A DNA stretch of 64,000 nt from positions 768,001 to 832,000 of the forward strand of contig CAWJDT010000001.1 in NCBI GenBank assembly GCA_963841735.1, in the 5' to 3' direction. A program made the translations under genes and the position numbers. Shown here piece by piece: positions 60,004 through 64,000 of this stretch (position 1 is the first letter of the stretch; each line of letters begins with the position of its first letter). Source of the stretch: an uncultured Actinomycetes bacterium. Lineage in GTDB: Bacteria; Actinomycetota; Thermoleophilia; RBG-16-64-13. Below the pieces are notes generated by a model. The model did not search any database and was not told the DNA's origin. It saw nothing but the letters and a program-made list of their open reading frames with translations.

Positions 60004-60306
60004 ATGGCCGACAAGAAGGTCGAACGCCCCGGTAGAGAACGCCCTCGCACTCCCACTCAGAAGATGCAAGCCGCACTCTCGGAGTCAGGCACCATGAGCA
60101 TGGCCGACACCGCGCACGACAAGGCGAAGTCCGCCTTGGTAGACAAGTTCCGCGACCGTGAGCAGCGGTGGCGCACAGAGCAGGCGCTACGCGACCGGGA
60201 GGTCGTGCAAAGTGGGGAGCATGTCGCCGAGCACGGTACCGAGGACACGGTGGAGGTGGGTGAGACGGCAAAAGCTGAGGGCCCGGGCGAGGGTGGTACA
60301 TCGTGA
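60004..60306 (+). CDS. hypothetical protein
   Basis: SD-preceded ATG, stop overlaps the next start. Confidence 0.5.
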   Translation: MADKKVERPGRERPRTPTQKMQAALSESGTMSMADTAHDKAKSALVDKFRDREQRWRTEQALRDREVVQSGEHVAEHGTEDTVEVGETAKAEGPGEGGTS

Positions 60307-61448
60307 TAGATAGCGTTGTGGCGGCCGGCGACAAGTTGAAGGCGCTGGCCGGGGCCAAGTCGGCGGGAGGGATGTTCCTATCGGTCACTCTCTCCACCAG
60401 CCGTCTGGACGACTGGCGGCAGGTCGCTCCGGCCTTTCTCCATAGTGAGTTCAACCGGTCCACCAAGGAGCGCGGTATTTCCAAGGAGAAGAAGCGCCTG
60501 CTCCAGGCCGACCTCGACTACGTGCTCGAAGTGCTTGAGTATGACGTGACCCCGAGGACCCAGGGGCTGGCGGTGTTTGTCGATGGGGAAGGGGATTTTC
60601 GCGAGCGCATCGAGTTGCCGCTGCGGCTGGTGAACCGGCTGGTTCTCGAGCCTTCTCCTCATATCCGGCCGGTTGCCCACGCCCTCGCACTACTAGAGCC
60701 TTTCCTGATCGCCAGGGTAAGTCGCGACGAGTCCAGCCTCTTCGTCGTAGACGAATGGGGGGTCGTCAGTGAGGCTGACCTCTCCGGTCCCTGGCTAAGG
60801 AGTAGCGATCGTGAGACTGGTGAGGTCTCCATCAAGGAGTACTACGCTGCTGCTCGCCAAGAGGCTTTGGTGGAACTGCATTTCAAGGAGGTGGGCACGG
60901 CATTAGCCAGGCTCCTGGAGACATCGGGAGCCCCCAGGGTCGTACTGTGCGCGCAGCACGACATCGCCAGCGGGTTTCGACGGGCTCTGCCGGCCGCGAT
61001 AGCGGCCAAAGTGGTGGCGGAGATGCCCCTCGACGCGGCGGCTTCAAACAGCCAGATGGTGGTGAGCGCGCGCGCCGCCGTGGAGCGGGCCCGCCATGAG
61101 GAGATGGCGGCGCTCGTGGGCCGCATCAATGAAGGATTAGGCGGCGGTGGGCGCGGCGTCTCCGGTTTCGAAGACGTGTTGGGGGCTGTCGGGCGCGGAC
61201 AGTTGCAGACTCTTTTGGTCGATCGCAACTTCCGCTTGCCGGGATGGCGCTGTGGCCTGTGTGACTGGACCGGCCTGTCCGCGGTGGAAAGCTGCCCCGT
61301 CTGCGGCGGCGAGCCGGTGCCGGTGTCTGACGTGATAGGGGAAATAGTGCGGCTCGCCATCCTACAGACCGGCCAGGTGAAGGTAGGCGAGAACATTCCG
61401 GCACTGGGCGAGTTGGGAGGCGTAGCGGGTCTGCTGCGTTACGCGTAA
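60303..61448 (+). CDS. bacterial archaeo-eukaryotic release factor (baeRF, eRF1-like) family protein
   Basis: GLAVF, L.P.PHIRP, G.GVSG..DVL.A...G...LLV, CxxC/CPxC insert, GGVAGLLRY C-terminus. Confidence 0.75.
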   Translation: MIDSVVAAGDKLKALAGAKSAGGMFLSVTLSTSRLDDWRQVAPAFLHSEFNRSTKERGISKEKKRLLQADLDYVLEVLEYDVTPRTQGLAVFVDGEGDFRERIELPLRLVNRLVLEPSPHIRPVAHALALLEPFLIARVSRDESSLFVVDEWGVVSEADLSGPWLRSSDRETGEVSIKEYYAAARQEALVELHFKEVGTALARLLETSGAPRVVLCAQHDIASGFRRALPAAIAAKVVAEMPLDAAASNSQMVVSARAAVERARHEEMAALVGRINEGLGGGGRGVSGFEDVLGAVGRGQLQTLLVDRNFRLPGWRCGLCDWTGLSAVESCPVCGGEPVPVSDVIGEIVRLAILQTGQVKVGENIPALGELGGVAGLLRYA

Positions 61449-61623
61449 AATCTGCCGAATGACAGGCAGGGCAGCCAACATTATATTGGGGGCGTTGCGC
61501 CCCCACTGCGTGGGGCCGCTTAACGCTCGGCAGAGTGGGCCGCATTGGTGACCGCGGCCGTGATAGTGTCTGTGGTAGCCGTGCTCCTGGGCGGGCCATT
61601 CCGAGCGGAGAAGGAGGTCGAGT

Positions 61624-62370
61624 ATCGCTAACCTTCCTCCGGCTGATCTCGTTCCGTCACTCTGCGAGGACTGCGGCGCGGCTCTTCAGGGGGGCGATGA
61701 GGCCGCCCTCTTTTTCTGCGCGGCCTGCGGTCTCGCGTATGAGCCGGGCGAGGAAGGTCTCGCGTCGTTCTCCCCACTCACCGCCGCGGTGACCACAGAG
61801 CTGGCTGCAGCCGGACCGCTGCAGTATCTGGCGGTATGGCGTCTGGCCGTGTCCATATCAGCGGCGGCGGACAGCGCCTGGGAAGGTATCAGCAAGGTCG
61901 TCGCTCCACGGTCCCCCTATCTGTATGTCCCGGCTTTCAGCCTGGTGCGGCCGGTGGTCCAGCGGCTGGGCATGAGGTTGACCGAGACGCAGCCGGATCT
62001 CAAGCTGGCTCTGGGAACGCCAGAACATGTCGCCCGGAGACCTGCCCTGTTCGAGGTAGCCACACCTTTGGGTCGCGTCCCGGCTCGCGGCGGCGGTCCA
62101 CTCAGCTCGACCATCAACCCAGATGGGAACGTCCCGGATTCCGGGATTATCTCTCCGGTGGTGGCGGGAAGGGATGATGCGCGGGTCTTTGCGCACTTTG
62201 TCTACCGCGCCGTTGAGTCACACGATACCCGCGACCTGCGCTCCGTGGACGATGAGCTGCAGACGGTGGGCGAGGAGCTGATCCTGATGCCGGCAGTGTG
62301 GGATCCACGGTACATCTATGAGTCCAATTGGAGATTGTTGCTGCGCGAGTTCGACGGTCTGGTAGCGTAG
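61624..62370 (+). CDS. Zn-ribbon-containing hypothetical protein; probable ATC start
   Basis: Frame open from SD AAGGAGGT (61611-61618) through CEDC...CAAC into ORF 61789-62370. Confidence 0.6.
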   Translation: MANLPPADLVPSLCEDCGAALQGGDEAALFFCAACGLAYEPGEEGLASFSPLTAAVTTELAAAGPLQYLAVWRLAVSISAAADSAWEGISKVVAPRSPYLYVPAFSLVRPVVQRLGMRLTETQPDLKLALGTPEHVARRPALFEVATPLGRVPARGGGPLSSTINPDGNVPDSGIISPVVAGRDDARVFAHFVYRAVESHDTRDLRSVDDELQTVGEELILMPAVWDPRYIYESNWRLLLREFDGLVA

Positions 62371-62421
62371 AGCGCGACGCATCCACTAGGGTGGCGCGGT
62401 CAAAAGGGGAAAGGGGAGATC

Positions 62422-62937
62422 ATGGCCGGTATCGACGAACGGGTGGAAGAGAGCAAGAATTGGTGGGAGCGGTTTGTTGGGAAGGTCCCCGGCATCCGTG
62501 GCTATAAGCAGAAGGAGACCCGGCGCGAGACCGACAAGATCCAGCGGGTGTATGTGGCCGAGAGGCTTGACACCTGTCTCAGCAAACTCGACGATGTCAA
62601 GCTCGACCTGGTGAAGGCGGGCAACCTGGATGCGCTGGGGGAAATCGACGTGGTCATGCGCAGGCTACGCACCGCCGCGGACAGGGTGAGGTTCGCCGAC
62701 TACGGCTACGCGGGCATGTTCGACCCTGTCAAGGTGGGAGTGGAGAAGCTCGATGAGCTGTACGCTTTCGACAGGTCGCTGGAGACCGACGCCGGCAGCA
62801 TCGTCGAGTTGTCCGCTGCTCTTTCCGCGTCAAGCCCATCTCTCGGTGCCGACGTCGGCCTGCTGGGCGAACGCATCGAAGCCTTGGACGCTCGGTTCTC
62901 CGAGCGCGAACATCTCATCACCGGAGCCGGGAGGTAA
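62422..62937 (+). CDS. conserved helical hypothetical protein
   Basis: Strong SD; VPGIRGYKQKETRRETDK, ADYGYAGMFD, LDELYAFD. Confidence 0.7.
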   Translation: MAGIDERVEESKNWWERFVGKVPGIRGYKQKETRRETDKIQRVYVAERLDTCLSKLDDVKLDLVKAGNLDALGEIDVVMRRLRTAADRVRFADYGYAGMFDPVKVGVEKLDELYAFDRSLETDAGSIVELSAALSASSPSLGADVGLLGERIEALDARFSEREHLITGAGR

Positions 62938-62940
62938 CCG

Positions 62941-64000
62941 ATGGCCCTCATGAACCTCATCGAATATGTTGACGAAGAAAACGGGGAGATGGTCCACCGC
63001 ATCCCCGAGCAGGGCTCGGGCGAGTTCAAGATCGGCTCGCAATTGATCGTGCGCGAGAGCCAGTGGTCTATCTTCTTCCGCGACGGCAAGGCCTACGACG
63101 TCTTCGAGCCGGGCAGGCACACACTCACTACGCTCAACATCCCCCTGCTGACAGCCATCATCTCGGCGCCCTTATACGGCGATTCGCCCTTCCGAGCTGA
63201 GGCCTACTTCGTCAGCCGGCGGACCTTCACCGATCTGAAATGGGGCACCACCGAGCCCATCCTCTTCCGCGACACTGAGTTCAAGATGATCCGGCTGCGC
63301 TCAAACGGGATCTTTACCTTCCAGATCACCGATCCCAAGCTCTTCGTGGTCAAGATAGTTGGCACCCGGGGCATCTACACCAACACTCAGATAGAGGACT
63401 TTCTCCGGGGTGTCATCGTGGGCCGTTTGGCCGACATCCTGGGGGAGAGCCTAGAGTCGGTACTCGACCTCCCGCGCTACTTCGACGAGTTGGGCGCCGG
63501 TCTCAAGGCTCGCATCAAGGATGACTTCGCCCAGTACGGCTTGGCGATAGTGGACTTCATCATCAACGCCATTTCGCCGCCTGAAGATGTACAGAAGCGC
63601 ATCGACGAGCGCTCGGGCATGGAAGCCGTGGGCGGTATGGACCGCTACTTCCAGTACAAGGCTGCGCAGGCCATCGGAGATCTCGCCAGAGGTGGCGGAG
63701 GCTCAGTGGGCGGCGGAGGCGAAGGAGGCAGTGGCACCGACATCGGTTCGGCCGCGACCGCGGGACTGGGATTGGGTGCCGGCGCTGGTCTGGGCATGAT
63801 GATCCCGGGCATGCTGCAACAGGCCATGGCCGGCGGGACGCAGCCCAAGGTCCGCTGCCCCAACTGCAAGGCCGACATCCCCTTCGGTAGCGCGTTTTGC
63901 CCGCAGTGCGGCACGAACTTGGCTGCCACCGAGAGCTGCCCCAACTGCAAGGCCACTCTGCCCGCCGGTTCGAAGTTCTGCGCCAGTTGCGGGCAGGCTA
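62941..64000 (+). CDS. SPFH domain protein with C-terminal double zinc ribbon, runs off the window end
   Basis: Manual translation from ATG 62941: GSQLIVRESQ, FEPGRHTL.T.NIP, KWGT, Gly-rich GLGLGAGAGLG, CPNC...FCPQCG...CPNC...FCASCG. Confidence 0.88.
   Translation, partial: MALMNLIEYVDEENGEMVHRIPEQGSGEFKIGSQLIVRESQWSIFFRDGKAYDVFEPGRHTLTTLNIPLLTAIISAPLYGDSPFRAEAYFVSRRTFTDLKWGTTEPILFRDTEFKMIRLRSNGIFTFQITDPKLFVVKIVGTRGIYTNTQIEDFLRGVIVGRLADILGESLESVLDLPRYFDELGAGLKARIKDDFAQYGLAIVDFIINAISPPEDVQKRIDERSGMEAVGGMDRYFQYKAAQAIGDLARGGGGSVGGGGEGGSGTDIGSAATAGLGLGAGAGLGMMIPGMLQQAMAGGTQPKVRCPNCKADIPFGSAFCPQCGTNLAATESCPNCKATLPAGSKFCASCGQA

Noticed and set aside
1-64000. rRNA, tRNA, prophage or cas genes
   Set aside because: None recognisable by eye; tRNAscan and Rfam were not run

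Overview
High-GC bacterial chromosome segment, apparently from an anaerobe. An Actinomycetota/Thermoleophilia-like host is inferred from gene content only. Most of the window is housekeeping and metabolic: yhaM, an LppX/LprAFG-MFS pair, a polar amino-acid ABC system, citrate synthase, 2-oxoacid:ferredoxin oxidoreductase, bzd-type benzoyl-CoA reductase-like subunits split by a 3-gene block, a giant PPDK-like protein with an atypical GAPDH, a two-component system, a P-type ATPase, paaK, nth, ubiX, polX, rlmKL, mscL, a HerA-like ATPase, a baeRF and an SPFH operon. The striking accessory region is about 41.07-48.73 kb. It contains a structured ~148-bp tandem repeat and an integron integrase whose attI and cassette array lie downstream and co-oriented. 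The array has three cassettes and two near-identical attC sites. Two different IS110/IS1111-family elements are inserted at integron sites, one between intI and attI and one inside attC2. In both elements the 3' non-coding region holds readable bridge/seek-RNA-like internal loops whose guide segments match the element's own insertion site and circle junction around a CT/AG core. This suggests RNA-guided recombinases programmed against integron sites.
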